From the NCBI GenBank assembly GCA_035250485.1, contig DATFFB010000214.1, forward strand, positions 8,197 to 72,196: 64,000 nucleotides of DNA, given 5' to 3'. Source of the stretch: Acidimicrobiia bacterium. Lineage in GTDB: Bacteria > Actinomycetota > Acidimicrobiia > Spongiisociales > ZC4RG35. Of the stretch, positions 9,792-19,088 are shown piece by piece. The stretch's first letter is position 1, and each line of letters starts with the position of its first letter. Below the pieces are notes generated by a model that saw only the letters and a list, made by a program, of their open reading frames with translations, ran no database searches and was not told where the DNA came from. The position numbers and the translations under genes were made by a program.

Positions 9792-10676
9792 ATGGTCGAG
9801 TGGGTAGAGGTTCGCGGAAAGAGCATCGAGGTGGCAGTGGCGGCGGCTATGAACGAGCTGGGGGTAACCGACCGCTCGGACGTCGACGTGGAAGTAGTAC
9901 AGGAACCCGAAAAGGGATTTCTCGGTTTGGGGGGTAGAGACGCCATTGTCAGGGTCAAGCCCCGGGCACGGCGGGCCCGGGGTCGGGACCGGGATCGTCG
10001 GCCCCGTACCGGCGCCAGCCGGACTGGTGGTTCGCGTCCCGAAGGTCGGAGTCGGGAGGCCCCTTCCCGCAGTGGCGGTCAACGGGGCAGTAATGCCCCT
10101 CGTTCCCAGGGTCGCAGCGGTGGAAACGCGCGCTCGGGCGCTCCCAGGACCAGAAGTCCAGAGGCGGCCAGCCGCAGCGAGCGGCCCCCGGTCGATGTCA
10201 ACCCCGCCGAGCAGGCGCCCGTGGTAGAGCAGTTCCTCCGGGGATTGGTTGAATCGTTCGGGCTCGAAGGCTCGGTGCGGGTGGAAATCGAGGAAGACGT
10301 CATCATTGCCACGGTCGAGGGAGAACAAACCGAGGCCCTGGTGGGGGTAAGGGGCTCGGTGCTCGACGCCGTCCACGAGATCACGAAAACCACCCTTCAC
10401 CGCCAGTTCAAGGACACCGCCCGGGTCCGCCTCGACATTGCCGGCTATTCGGAACGACGCCGTCAGGCTCTCAGTATCTACGCCGGCCAGCTCATCGAGC
10501 AGGTGATGAGCGAGGGTGGCGAGATCATGCTCGAACCAATGAGCGCGGCCGATCGGAAAGTCATCCACGACTCGGTGGCCGCGGTCGACGGCGTGCGGTC
10601 CTATTCCGAGGGCGAACCGCCACGGCGATATGTGGTGATCTCTCAGGTCGAAGACGAGGCCGACGACGAGGCTTAA
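9792..10676 (+). CDS. jag: Jag/KhpB-family RNA-binding protein (Jag_N, KH and R3H domains, with an Arg/Ser-rich linker)
   Basis: Conserved post-yidC position. The C-terminal KH/R3H region (…ATVEGEQTEALVGVRGSVLDAVHEITKTTLHRQ…) is recognisable. Confidence 0.9.
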   Translation: MVEWVEVRGKSIEVAVAAAMNELGVTDRSDVDVEVVQEPEKGFLGLGGRDAIVRVKPRARRARGRDRDRRPRTGASRTGGSRPEGRSREAPSRSGGQRGSNAPRSQGRSGGNARSGAPRTRSPEAASRSERPPVDVNPAEQAPVVEQFLRGLVESFGLEGSVRVEIEEDVIIATVEGEQTEALVGVRGSVLDAVHEITKTTLHRQFKDTARVRLDIAGYSERRRQALSIYAGQLIEQVMSEGGEIMLEPMSAADRKVIHDSVAAVDGVRSYSEGEPPRRYVVISQVEDEADDEA

Positions 10677-10691
10677 ACCCTCTAGTTTCAC

Positions 10692-11282
10692 GTGAATCCT
10701 CGCCTGGAGGCTGCCGCCAGGGCCGTCGGGGTCACCCTTGATGACGGCATGAGGCAGCGCCTGGCGACCTTGGGAGGGTGGTTGACGACCGAGGCTCTGG
10801 CGGGCGGTGGGGTCGGCCCCAATGAGGCCGCCAAGATCGAGGAGAGGCACCTGGTGGATTCGATCCTCTTCGCGGCCGGGTGGGCGAGTGCCCCTCCGGT
10901 ATGCTGGGATCTGGGTTCGGGCGCCGGGCTCCCGGGGTTGGTGCTGGCTTGCATCTGGCCCGGCACCAGGCTGGTGCTGGTCGACTCTTCTGCCAAGCGC
11001 TGCGAGCTCGCCCGACGTGGAGGCCGTGTGGTGGGCGTCGATGTTGAAGTGCAGCAGTCCCGGATCGAGGATTTGACCGGGCCTTATTCCGCCATTGTCA
11101 GTCGGGCGACGATCCCCGCGGCGCGATTTGGTGGGATACTGAAACGGTTGCTGGCTCCCGGCGGGGTGGCTGTCATCTCGGGAAGTAGCCACGGCCATCC
11201 TCCGGGTTTTGAGCGCCTGCAGTTCCCGGGCGAGGAATTCTTTGATCGAACCTCCCGGCTTCTTATCATGCGCTCACCTTGA
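10692..11282 (+). CDS. rsmG: 16S rRNA (guanine527-N7)-methyltransferase RsmG (GidB)
   Basis: GTG start; SAM-binding motif DLGSGAGLPGLVLA and conserved synteny jag-rsmG-parA. Confidence 0.9.
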   Translation: MNPRLEAAARAVGVTLDDGMRQRLATLGGWLTTEALAGGGVGPNEAAKIEERHLVDSILFAAGWASAPPVCWDLGSGAGLPGLVLACIWPGTRLVLVDSSAKRCELARRGGRVVGVDVEVQQSRIEDLTGPYSAIVSRATIPAARFGGILKRLLAPGGVAVISGSSHGHPPGFERLQFPGEEFFDRTSRLLIMRSP

Positions 11283-12109
11283 ACGGCTCCTCCGCCATTA
11301 GCCCGGTCGAAGTCGGCTCCGAAACCCCGACGTCCGGCGTCGCCACCGTAGTTGCGCTGGCGAATCAAAAGGGTGGGGTGGGGAAGTCGACCACCGCCAT
11401 CAACCTGGCCGCGGCCCTGGCGATGCAGGGTCAGCGCTCGTTGATCGTCGACCTGGATCCGCAGGGCAATGCCACCTCAGGCCTCGGCATTGATCGGAGC
11501 GGGATCGCCGCTTCGATATATGACGTTCTTTTAAAGGACGTAGCAGTCGAGGACGCTATTGAACCGACCTCGGTCAAGAGCCTCTTTGTCCTCCCCGCCA
11601 CGATCGATCTGGCCGGGGCGGAAATCGAGTTGGTCCCGCTTCTGTCCCGAGAACAGCGGCTCCGTCAAGCCTTCGCTCCGATTCTCGAGGACTATCAGGT
11701 CATCTTTATCGACTGCCCTCCCTCACTTGGACTCCTGACGGTGAACGCCCTCACCGCTGCCCACGAGGTCCTTATCCCGATTCAGTGCGAGTACTACGCC
11801 CTCGAGGGCTTGAGCCAGTTGCTCAACAATGTGGACCTGGTCCGGCGGCAGCTGAATCCTCAACTGGTGATCGAAGGTGTGGTACTGACCATGTACGACT
11901 CCCGGACCAACCTTTCTCGCGACGTCGCCACCCAAGTGCGAAGTCACTTCGGGGATAAGACGTACCGGACCGTGATCCCGCGCTCGGTGCGGATTTCGGA
12001 GGCTCCCTCATATGGGGAGCCGATCGAGGCGCTCGACCCCATGGCTCGGGGGGCGATTGCCTATCGCGAGCTAGGTCGAGAGTTTCGGAGGCGTCATGGT
12101 CTCGACTAG
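11279..12109 (+). CDS. parA: Chromosome partitioning ATPase ParA (Soj)
   Basis: TTG start overlaps the rsmG stop by 4 nt. Deviant Walker A KGGVGKSTTAINLAAAL. Confidence 0.93.
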   Translation: MNGSSAISPVEVGSETPTSGVATVVALANQKGGVGKSTTAINLAAALAMQGQRSLIVDLDPQGNATSGLGIDRSGIAASIYDVLLKDVAVEDAIEPTSVKSLFVLPATIDLAGAEIELVPLLSREQRLRQAFAPILEDYQVIFIDCPPSLGLLTVNALTAAHEVLIPIQCEYYALEGLSQLLNNVDLVRRQLNPQLVIEGVVLTMYDSRTNLSRDVATQVRSHFGDKTYRTVIPRSVRISEAPSYGEPIEALDPMARGAIAYRELGREFRRRHGLD

Positions 12110-12118
12110 GAGGTTCCG

Positions 12119-12964
12119 ATGAGTCAGAAGCGCGGCCTGGGCAGAGGACTGGAAGCGCTGATCCCTTCGACCCCCGATCCCGAGCAAGGTTTCGCCGAGA
12201 TCGAGATCGACGAGATCCGGCCTAACCCGCAACAACCCCGGGGAGATTTCGACGACGAAGCGCTCTCCGGTCTGGCGGAGTCGATCAGGAGCCTCGGCCT
12301 TCTCCAGCCGGTGGTGGTCCGCCCCGATCCCGAGGGGGGCTATTTCCTGGTCGCCGGGGAACGCAGATGGCGGGCGGCTCGCAAGGCAGGGCTCAGTCGG
12401 ATTCCGGCCGTGATCCGGACGAGCGATGATCGGGAATGGCTTACCGCTGCCCTGGTCGAGAACCTGCAGCGGGCCGATCTCAATCCGTTGGAAGAGGCGG
12501 CCGCCTTTCAACAACTTCTGGAAGATTTTGGCTTAACGCACGAGGAGGTGGGTCGGAGAGTTGGGCGAAGCCGGGCGGCGATCACCAATTCGATTCGTCT
12601 ACTCGGGCTCCCTGCCTCGATCCAATCCCGGTTGGCGAGCGGAGAGCTCAGTGCCGGCCACGCCCGGGCTTTGGCGGCGATCGACGACCGGGCCTTCGCC
12701 GAGCACGTCGCCAAGCGGGCGGTGGCAGAAGGTTGGAGCGTTCGTCAGGTCGAGGAGGCGGTGCGTCTGCGGCGAGGTGAAGCCACGTCAGCGCCCCGTC
12801 TGCGCGAGGTTCGCCCCGCCGAGATCATCGAACTCGAGATGCGGCTTGCCGAGCGCTTGGGAAGCAAGGTCCGAGTCGACTTCCGCCAGGGCAAGGGGGC
12901 CCTACGAATCGACTATCGATCCCTCGAAGAGCTGGAGAAGATCTACCGAAGACTAATGAGCTGA
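12119..12964 (+). CDS. parB: Chromosome partitioning protein ParB (Spo0J)
   Basis: ParB box GERRWRAA and HTH region, 281 aa. Confidence 0.93.
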   Translation: MSQKRGLGRGLEALIPSTPDPEQGFAEIEIDEIRPNPQQPRGDFDDEALSGLAESIRSLGLLQPVVVRPDPEGGYFLVAGERRWRAARKAGLSRIPAVIRTSDDREWLTAALVENLQRADLNPLEEAAAFQQLLEDFGLTHEEVGRRVGRSRAAITNSIRLLGLPASIQSRLASGELSAGHARALAAIDDRAFAEHVAKRAVAEGWSVRQVEEAVRLRRGEATSAPRLREVRPAEIIELEMRLAERLGSKVRVDFRQGKGALRIDYRSLEELEKIYRRLMS

Positions 12965-12986
12965 GCACTCTCCGGCCCTCCTAACT

Positions 12987-13985
12987 TTGAGGTCACACAT
13001 GAGGCTTTATCGCCGGAGCGACACCGGAGACGCCGTGCGCGACATCCAGGGCCGCCTGCTCGCGCTTGGCTACCACCCCCAGAGCGATCCGGGGGGAGAG
13101 TTCGGGGCCGCCACCGAAGCGGCCGTGCGGGAATTTCAAAGCGATCGCGGCCTCACCGCCGACGGCGAGGTTGGACCCGAGACCTGGCGAGTGCTTTACG
13201 AAGCCGGTTACCGGTTGGGGGATCGGCTGCTTTTTCTGCGGCGCCCAATGTTGCGGGGAGAGGATGTGGCTGAGCTGCAGGGACGCCTCAGCCAACTCGG
13301 ATTCGATCCCGGCAAGGTGGATGGAATCTTTGGCCTCGAGACCGAGCAAGCGGTCCTCGAGTTTCAGCGCAATCGAGTCCTAACCGAGGATGGGATCGCC
13401 GGCCCCGAGGTTCTCACCGAGCTCCGACTGTTGGTCCGCGGAAAGATGCGAGCCGGACGAGAAACGGTGAGGGAGCGGGAATGGCTGCGGAGCTTGCCCG
13501 ACAGTGTCGTCGGGTCCCGGGTGTTCTTTGATGCAGCCTGTCGCACCCCGGAAGAAGCCCGGGCGACGTGGGTGGCGGCGAGCTCGGCGGCGATGGAGCT
13601 GCAGGCGCGAGGTGGCCAGCCGATTCTGGGTCGTGCCGCCGACACGCGGCTCCCGGAACGAGTACGGGCCGGGCGGGCCAATCGCCTGGGGGCGGAACTG
13701 GTGGTGTCATTTCAGGTTCGGGCGGATGGGGGCCCGGCGGCGGTCTTTTACTTCGCCAGCGATCGGGGAGTCTCACGGGCAGGGGAGATGCTCGCCAACC
13801 GAATCGCCGAGACCGCCGGGGGGCTTGTGGAGGGGCGCGCTACCGCCATCCTGCGCGATACCAGGGCGCCGTCGGTGATCGTTTCACATCCCGAGCTCGG
13901 AACCGAAATCGGACGCCTGGTGGTTGACGGCCTGGCGCAGTTCTTCGCTACGGCAGCCTTGGAAACCTCAGATTCGAAGACTTAA
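12987..13985 (+). CDS. cwlM: N-acetylmuramoyl-L-alanine amidase with two peptidoglycan-binding domains (CwlM-like)
   Basis: Two PG_binding_1 repeats (…GDAVRDIQGRLLALGY…, …GEDVAELQGRLSQLGF…) followed by an amidase_3-like C-terminus. Same neighbourhood (parB / trx / sigM) as mycobacterial cwlM. Confidence 0.8.
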   Translation: MRSHMRLYRRSDTGDAVRDIQGRLLALGYHPQSDPGGEFGAATEAAVREFQSDRGLTADGEVGPETWRVLYEAGYRLGDRLLFLRRPMLRGEDVAELQGRLSQLGFDPGKVDGIFGLETEQAVLEFQRNRVLTEDGIAGPEVLTELRLLVRGKMRAGRETVREREWLRSLPDSVVGSRVFFDAACRTPEEARATWVAASSAAMELQARGGQPILGRAADTRLPERVRAGRANRLGAELVVSFQVRADGGPAAVFYFASDRGVSRAGEMLANRIAETAGGLVEGRATAILRDTRAPSVIVSHPELGTEIGRLVVDGLAQFFATAALETSDSKT

Positions 13986-14058
13986 GACAAGAGACAAAAG
14001 ACGAAAGACAAAAGAAAAAAGAGTCTCTGGTCTTTCAGCCCGCCGAAGGCGGGCGATC
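13986..14058. repeat. Dispersed AT-rich heptamer-repeat element, copy A: (RAAAGAC)n tract plus GC hairpin
   Basis: gacaagagacaaaagacgaaagacaaaagaaaaaagag followed by gtctctggtctttcagcccgccgaaggcgggcgatctt. Sits between convergent cwlM and trxA stops; the hairpin GCCCGCC-gaag-GCGGGC could act as a bidirectional terminator. Confidence 0.6.
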
Positions 14059-14385
14059 TTAAGCCAGAAATTCCGACAGTTCGGAGACGAGGTTGTGCTT
14101 AGGGCGGGCGCCGATGATTCGCTTCTTCTCGACTCCATCCTGAAAGAGGATCAGGGTCGGGATGCTCATCACGTCATACTCGCCGGAAATCTGCGGATTC
14201 TCGTCGACATTGAGCTTGCCGATTCGAAGCTTGCCGTCGTACTCGGTGGCCATCTCGTCGAGGATGGGGGCAATCAACCGACAGGGTCCGCACCACTCGG
14301 CCCAAAAATCGACCAGGATGGGAGTTCCTCCCGCAATGGTCTGATCGAAGCTCGACTTGTCGAGGATGACGGTGTTTTCAGTCAT
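14059..14385 (-). CDS. trxA: Thioredoxin
   Basis: WCGPC active site, 108 aa. Confidence 0.93.
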   Translation of the reverse strand: MTENTVILDKSSFDQTIAGGTPILVDFWAEWCGPCRLIAPILDEMATEYDGKLRIGKLNVDENPQISGEYDVMSIPTLILFQDGVEKKRIIGARPKHNLVSELSEFLA

Positions 14386-14444
14386 GTGTTTCCTTTCCTA
14401 CCAAAGGCCAACCCATACCCGGTCGGCCTCATTCCAACACTGGT

Positions 14445-15374
14445 CTATTCCGCCAGCGATTCGAGGTAATGCTGAGCATCCAGGGCCGCCATACAGCCGG
14501 TGCCGGCGGCGCTGACTGCCTGGCGATACCGGGAATCGGCCACGTCACCGGCCGCGAATACACCCGGGACATCGGTAGCCGTGGTTCCGTCCCCTTTCAG
14601 GATCAGGTAGCCGCGCTCGTCGAGGCGGAGGCTGTCGGCGAAGATGGCGGTGTTGGGGATGTGACCGATAGCTACGAACACCCCATCGGCGGCCAGGCGC
14701 TCCTTCTCACCGGTCTCGGTGTTGACCAGCGTGACCGCCTGAACGCCCTTGTCTCCCAGGATCTCTTCGACCAGTGAGTTCCATCGGACTTTGATCTTGG
14801 GGTGGTCGAGCACCCGTTGAGCCATGATCGCCGAGGCCCGGAACTCATCCCGCCGATGGACGACTGTCACTTGAGAGGCGAAGCGGGTGAGGAACAGCGC
14901 CTCCTCCATGGCCGAGTCACCCCCGCCGACCACGACCAGTTCCTTGTCCCGGAAGAAGAATCCATCGCAGGTGGCGCACGAGGAAACCCCGCGGCCGGTG
15001 AGGCGCTCTTCACCGGGAATGCCTAGCCATTTCGCCGCCGCCCCGGTGGCGATGACGACGGATCGAGCTTTATGACCGTTGTCGCCGGTGAAGACCTCGA
15101 AGGGATCGGAGGAAAGGTCCACCGCGGTGACGTCGGTGGCAACGAGGCGCGCCCCAAATCTCTCGGCCTGCTTGCGAAACTGGTCCATGAGCTCAGGCCC
15201 AAGAATGCCGCCCGGGAAACCTGGATAGTTCTCAACGTCGGTGGTGATCATGAGCTGGCCGCCGGGTTGAGTGCCTTCGAAAACGAGCGGCTTCAAGTCG
15301 GCTCGGGCCGCGTAGAGGGCGGCAGTGAGGCCGGCGGGCCCGCTGCCGATGATGATGACGTTTTCGGTTGTCAC
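14445..15374 (-). CDS. trxB: Thioredoxin-disulfide reductase
   Basis: FAD/NADPH motifs (GSGPAG…) and the CATC redox-active site, 309 aa. Confidence 0.95.
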   Translation of the reverse strand: MTTENVIIIGSGPAGLTAALYAARADLKPLVFEGTQPGGQLMITTDVENYPGFPGGILGPELMDQFRKQAERFGARLVATDVTAVDLSSDPFEVFTGDNGHKARSVVIATGAAAKWLGIPGEERLTGRGVSSCATCDGFFFRDKELVVVGGGDSAMEEALFLTRFASQVTVVHRRDEFRASAIMAQRVLDHPKIKVRWNSLVEEILGDKGVQAVTLVNTETGEKERLAADGVFVAIGHIPNTAIFADSLRLDERGYLILKGDGTTATDVPGVFAAGDVADSRYRQAVSAAGTGCMAALDAQHYLESLAE

Positions 15375-15646
15375 GAAGCCTTTTTCCTATTGCCCCACAA
15401 GATGAACCCGAAGATGAGCACGACGAGGCCGAGGACACCGAAGGCCCCATCGGAACCGAGCGGAATGGCCAGGGCGCCGTAAATGGAAAGCACAAGAAAC
15501 ACCAGCGCCAGCAACCCCAGAGTGAGAGCTGCCATTCCCAACGAAGAGAGGCGGATCCAGCGGCTGATTCGATCGACGGTGAGCGACCGAATCCGGGTAG
15601 CGACCATCTCCAGAAAATCGGCAAACCGGGCTGGAAAGTCGTCCAC
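15371..15646 (-). CDS. Small hypothetical membrane protein (2 predicted TM helices)
   Basis: GTG start; 91 aa with two hydrophobic helices. Overlaps the trxB start by 4 nt, suggesting translational coupling. Confidence 0.5.
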   Translation of the reverse strand: MDDFPARFADFLEMVATRIRSLTVDRISRWIRLSSLGMAALTLGLLALVFLVLSIYGALAIPLGSDGAFGVLGLVVLIFGFILWGNRKKAS

Positions 15647-15654
15647 CTGTTCAG

Positions 15655-15745
15655 ATTAGATCTGAGACAAAAGACGAAAGACAAAAGACGAAAGATCGGA
15701 GATGTCTTGGGGTCCTTCAGCCGCCGGAGGCGGGCGATCTTCTGT
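15655..15745. repeat. Dispersed AT-rich heptamer-repeat element, copy B
   Basis: gagacaaaagacgaaagacaaaagacgaaagat followed by gtcttggggtccttcagccgccggaggcgggcgatctt. The tail is about 85% identical to the tail of copy A. Lies between the anti-sigma stop and the small membrane protein start. Confidence 0.6.
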
Positions 15746-15753
15746 CGGTCGCC

Positions 15754-16473
15754 CTATGGCAACACGATTTCGGAGCAGTCGTCGAGGAAGAACGCGCGCG
15801 GGGAGAGTTCGCCGTCGTCTTCCACCAGGAGCAACAACACCTGCCGGCCCTGATAGGTGCTTTCCCCTCGTTCCTCGATGGCGAGGTCCTCGGTCTCCTC
15901 GACGCAGGAGACCGACGCGTCTCCTGCGGGCGTACCTTCGTCAGCCAGCGCCTCGGCCTCGGCTTTGAGCTCGTCGAGGTCCCCTCCAGCTTCAAGTTGC
16001 GCGAGTGTGGCCGAGGCGGCGGTGGTGGCGGTCGCTCGTTCCGTATTGGTGGCGCCGCCAGCGGCGAACTCGGGAGCGGCCGCGTCGGCGGCCATGGACG
16101 TGGTGGCGGCATTGCCCGATCCCTGCTGGCTAGCGATGGTCGCGCCCACCCCAACCACAACCGCCAGTGCAGCGGCGGCGGCCATCATCCGGCCCCAGAT
16201 CGGGCTCATGGGTTTGGTCTCGGTCTTGCGCCGCATCGGAACCGGCAGGGCGGCGGTGATCGCTGTCGCCATTTGTGACTGCTCGCGCTCGGTCAATTGG
16301 GCGGAGCCGACCCCCGCCAGAAGCGAGCGCAGCTGCAATTGCTCTTCGAACAACACCCGGCACTCCGCGCACCCCGAGATCAGGGCTTCGGCCGCGACTC
16401 GATCGGGTTCATAGCCTGAGGCATGAGCCGCCAAAAGCTCGAGATCGTGCGCGTCGTGATTCATCCTGCTCAT
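15754..16473 (-). CDS. Anti-sigma factor (membrane-spanning, RsmA-like)
   Basis: Immediately downstream of the ECF sigma with a 4-nt overlap. N-terminal cytoplasmic domain with a C-x2-C motif (GCAECRV), a central TM segment (…AAAAALAVVVGVGATIA…) and an Ala/Thr-rich extracytoplasmic tail. Confidence 0.6.
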   Translation of the reverse strand: MSRMNHDAHDLELLAAHASGYEPDRVAAEALISGCAECRVLFEEQLQLRSLLAGVGSAQLTEREQSQMATAITAALPVPMRRKTETKPMSPIWGRMMAAAAALAVVVGVGATIASQQGSGNAATTSMAADAAAPEFAAGGATNTERATATTAASATLAQLEAGGDLDELKAEAEALADEGTPAGDASVSCVEETEDLAIEERGESTYQGRQVLLLLVEDDGELSPRAFFLDDCSEIVLP

Positions 16474-17048
16474 AGTTCGTCGGTAAGACTTTGATGCCCC
16501 GACCCCCCCGAAAGGTTCCCTAACTCGGCCGCCAGTTGGCGCCGGGCCCGAAAAAGGCGCGACTTGACGGTCCCGATCGGCAAGTCGAGACGCTCGGCCA
16601 CCTCCGGAAGGCTGAAGCCCTCGATGTCGGAGAGCACGACGACCGAGCGAAAGTCGACGCTGAGGTTGGCCAGGGCAGCAGCGATCGGGGCGGCCAGCTC
16701 AACGGAAGTGAAGGGATCGGTCGCGGTGGGATCGACGGGGTCGAGGTAGTCGGGCATCGGCTCTGAGGGCCGGCGGCGCTCGCGACGCAGGTGGTCATAG
16801 CAAGTGTTGATGGCGATGCGATAGAGCCACGTTCCGACGGCCGCCCCCGCCCGGTATTGGCCGGCCTTGCGATAAAGAGTGAGAAACGTCTCCTGAGTGG
16901 CGTCAAGGGCGGCAGCTCGGTTCCCCATCATTCGTAGGCAAACCGAGAAGATCCGGTCCTGATGCCGCCGCATGAGGGCGGTGAAGGCATCGTGATCTCC
17001 CCCGACCACTCGCTCGATCAAAACCGCATCGTCGAGTGAAGCGGTCAT
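16470..17048 (-). CDS. ECF RNA polymerase sigma factor (SigM-like)
   Basis: Sigma-70 region 2 and 4 motifs (…FTALMRRHQDRIFSVCLRM…, …TVKSRLFRARRQL…). ATG at 17048 overlaps the stop of the upstream pseudokinase gene (ATGA). Gene order with trxB/trxA matches mycobacterial sigM. Confidence 0.85.
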   Translation of the reverse strand: MTASLDDAVLIERVVGGDHDAFTALMRRHQDRIFSVCLRMMGNRAAALDATQETFLTLYRKAGQYRAGAAVGTWLYRIAINTCYDHLRRERRRPSEPMPDYLDPVDPTATDPFTSVELAAPIAAALANLSVDFRSVVVLSDIEGFSLPEVAERLDLPIGTVKSRLFRARRQLAAELGNLSGGSGHQSLTDEL

Positions 17049-18349
17049 GCGTGAAAGCGTATCTCCCCAATGGTGATCCAATAATCACCGTCTCCGTGGC
17101 GTGGCAGCGACGTGAACCACATGAGCCAGTTGCCGTCGCTGCGCTCGGGCAGCTGAAAGGTCAGGGGCCCTCCCTCCGTTCTGCCGGTGGCGATGACCTC
17201 CCATCCGCTGGGGTCATCGGGTCGTTCCGTCGACCAGCGCACGCTGATGTCTGCTCCGCCGGGGATTCCCACGATCTCGAGCACGTTCGGGGTGCCGGTG
17301 ACGGCGATGGTTAGGCCGACGCCGGGTTTGAGCAGCTCCATGGGATCGCGGTACCGCTCGGTTCGCCACGACGTGTCGATATCCCCATCGATGGTGGCGC
17401 CGACGTTCTGATCGTTCTCGCCTCCCTCTCCGAATGGGTCGAAGGTGGCGACGCCCGTGATCTCCGGCGGCGGGCGATCGGCCGCCGCGCTAACACTGGG
17501 AGCAAGTGTGGTGACGACCACGGTCGGGGTCAGAATGGTGGCGGCCGACCCCGGCACCACCGGAACCCCGGTGTCGCCCGCCAGGACTCGGCCGATGGCG
17601 ATCAGACCGGCCGCGAGCACTGTGAGGACTCCCGCGAGAACCAGGGTTCGCCAGCTGCGGGCAGGTATCTCTGTGGGCGGCCGGGGACGGGGAATGGCCT
17701 CCAACGCATGCGAGAAGGCGTCCGCGTTGAGTTCGCCCTGCTGGGCGGCCTGGAGAGCCCGATCCACCTCGATCGGGACTCCATCGACAACTTCGGAGGG
17801 CGGCGGTCCACCGGGCGCAAAACCGGTCAGGGCCTGTTCCAAAACTCCGGCGAGGTCGGAGACATCGCCCGCGGTTGAAGCCAGATAACGGCGGGCCCGT
17901 CCGAAACCGCCCAGACGGGCGGGGCGAGAAACGGTGTAAAGAATGGCTCCCGGGTCGATGGCGGCGTGAAACACGCCAGCCTCATGCAACGCCGCCAGTG
18001 CTCCTGCCAGACCGGCGGCGTTGGCGCAGAACTCGGGGTAGTCCATGGTCTCGCCGGACTCGAGACGGCTCTGCAGCGTCATTCCGCCGTTCCATTCCGA
18101 GACGAAGTAGGCGCCATCGGTGACCTCCTCGGCCTCAAAGATCGGCTCCAGATGCGGGTGGCGAACCGCGGCCGCCCCCCGCACCGCCTTGAGGAAGTCC
18201 GAGCGCCGCTTCTCACTGGCATCCGGGCCAAGCAGCCGGATCAGGACCGGGCGATCGAGGTGTTCGTCGGTCGCCAGCCACTCTTCGATGTCCTGATCGC
18301 GACCGAGGCGAACCTCGAGGCGATAGCGAGTTGGAAGGGGCGGGGGCAT
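17045..18349 (-). CDS. Membrane-anchored pseudokinase-domain protein (resembles the C-terminal module of mycobacterial MviN/MurJ; no flippase domain)
   Basis: N-terminal protein-kinase-like fold lacking the catalytic HRD / Lys motifs (…AGLAGALAALHEAGVFHAAIDPGAI…), one TM helix (…TLVLAGVLTVLAAGLIAIG…) and a ~150-aa extracytoplasmic C-terminal domain. Confidence 0.7.
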   Translation of the reverse strand: MPPPLPTRYRLEVRLGRDQDIEEWLATDEHLDRPVLIRLLGPDASEKRRSDFLKAVRGAAAVRHPHLEPIFEAEEVTDGAYFVSEWNGGMTLQSRLESGETMDYPEFCANAAGLAGALAALHEAGVFHAAIDPGAILYTVSRPARLGGFGRARRYLASTAGDVSDLAGVLEQALTGFAPGGPPPSEVVDGVPIEVDRALQAAQQGELNADAFSHALEAIPRPRPPTEIPARSWRTLVLAGVLTVLAAGLIAIGRVLAGDTGVPVVPGSAATILTPTVVVTTLAPSVSAAADRPPPEITGVATFDPFGEGGENDQNVGATIDGDIDTSWRTERYRDPMELLKPGVGLTIAVTGTPNVLEIVGIPGGADISVRWSTERPDDPSGWEVIATGRTEGGPLTFQLPERSDGNWLMWFTSLPRHGDGDYWITIGEIRFHA

Positions 18350-19075
18350 TCAGAAAGCGGTGCCGAACGCGGCCATGATCACCAGGCCGTCTCGAACCGG
18401 ATGGAATCCGTTGCGCAGATACAAGGCTTTTGCTCGGTCGTTGTTCTGCTGGGTGTTGACGAGGAGCGTTGCTGCCCCCTGACGGCGGGCCCACAGGAGA
18501 GCTGCCGCCACCAGGGATCCTCCGCCGCCCTGTCCTTGGGCCCGCGGGGAAACGGCGAGGCGCTGCAGGTAGCCGATCCCGAGGCCGACTCCGGCGATGG
18601 CGAACCCGGCGAGACCGGCGTGGTCGCTAAAGGTGTAAATCACGTGGCGAGGGGTGGCTTCGAGGCTCTCTCGCAAACCCAGGAGGCCCATTCTCCATCG
18701 AACTGGAAACGCCTCGCGGTCCAGAAGGTTCAATTCCTCCAAAGCGGCTGACTTCTCGACTGGGATCTGAGGGCGGGCGAGATGTCGCAGGTCGTGCTCG
18801 AAGAGGGCGAGCGGCTCGGCGACTTCGTATCCCGCCTGCCTCCAAAGCTCGCTGCGGTGTCGGAGTACGGCGGGAGAAAGGACGGGCTTGGACCATTCGC
18901 TCACCAGGGAACTGGCCTCGGCGAGAAACTTGGCCCCGCCTCGTTCCAGCCGGAGGGTGGCGGCGACGACGTCATCGTTCCAGGGACGGGCGTGCGCACG
19001 GCCCCAGCCATGCGTAAGCAGCACCGGTTGCGGCCAGCTTCCTCTGGTCCTAACTCCGTAGGAGGTGGCGGTCAC
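18350..19075 (-). CDS. GNAT-family N-acetyltransferase
   Basis: C-terminal acetyl-CoA binding motif (…LAVSPRAQGQGGGGSLV…ALYLRNGF…). Its stop abuts the pseudokinase start. Confidence 0.8.
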   Translation of the reverse strand: MTATSYGVRTRGSWPQPVLLTHGWGRAHARPWNDDVVAATLRLERGGAKFLAEASSLVSEWSKPVLSPAVLRHRSELWRQAGYEVAEPLALFEHDLRHLARPQIPVEKSAALEELNLLDREAFPVRWRMGLLGLRESLEATPRHVIYTFSDHAGLAGFAIAGVGLGIGYLQRLAVSPRAQGQGGGGSLVAAALLWARRQGAATLLVNTQQNNDRAKALYLRNGFHPVRDGLVIMAAFGTAF

Positions 19076-19088
19076 TGTGTGGGAGAGT

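Noticed and set aside
9594-11198. 534-aa minus-strand ORF spanning jag and rsmG
   Set aside because: Antisense to two genes with unambiguous homology (Jag KH/R3H; RsmG SAM motif). The amino-acid composition (Pro/Arg/Gly-rich) is the typical artefact of the reverse frame in high-GC DNA.
13924-14469. ORFs translating the heptamer arrays into Lys/Arg-rich peptides (KDKRRKTKEKR…; also 15368..15853 + and the N-terminal part of 37870..38700 +)
   Set aside because: The similar peptides simply mirror the nucleotide repeat. The ORFs run antisense through trxA, the anti-sigma factor gene, or need a start 260 nt upstream of the conserved pyrE N-terminus. Interpreted as non-coding repeat DNA.
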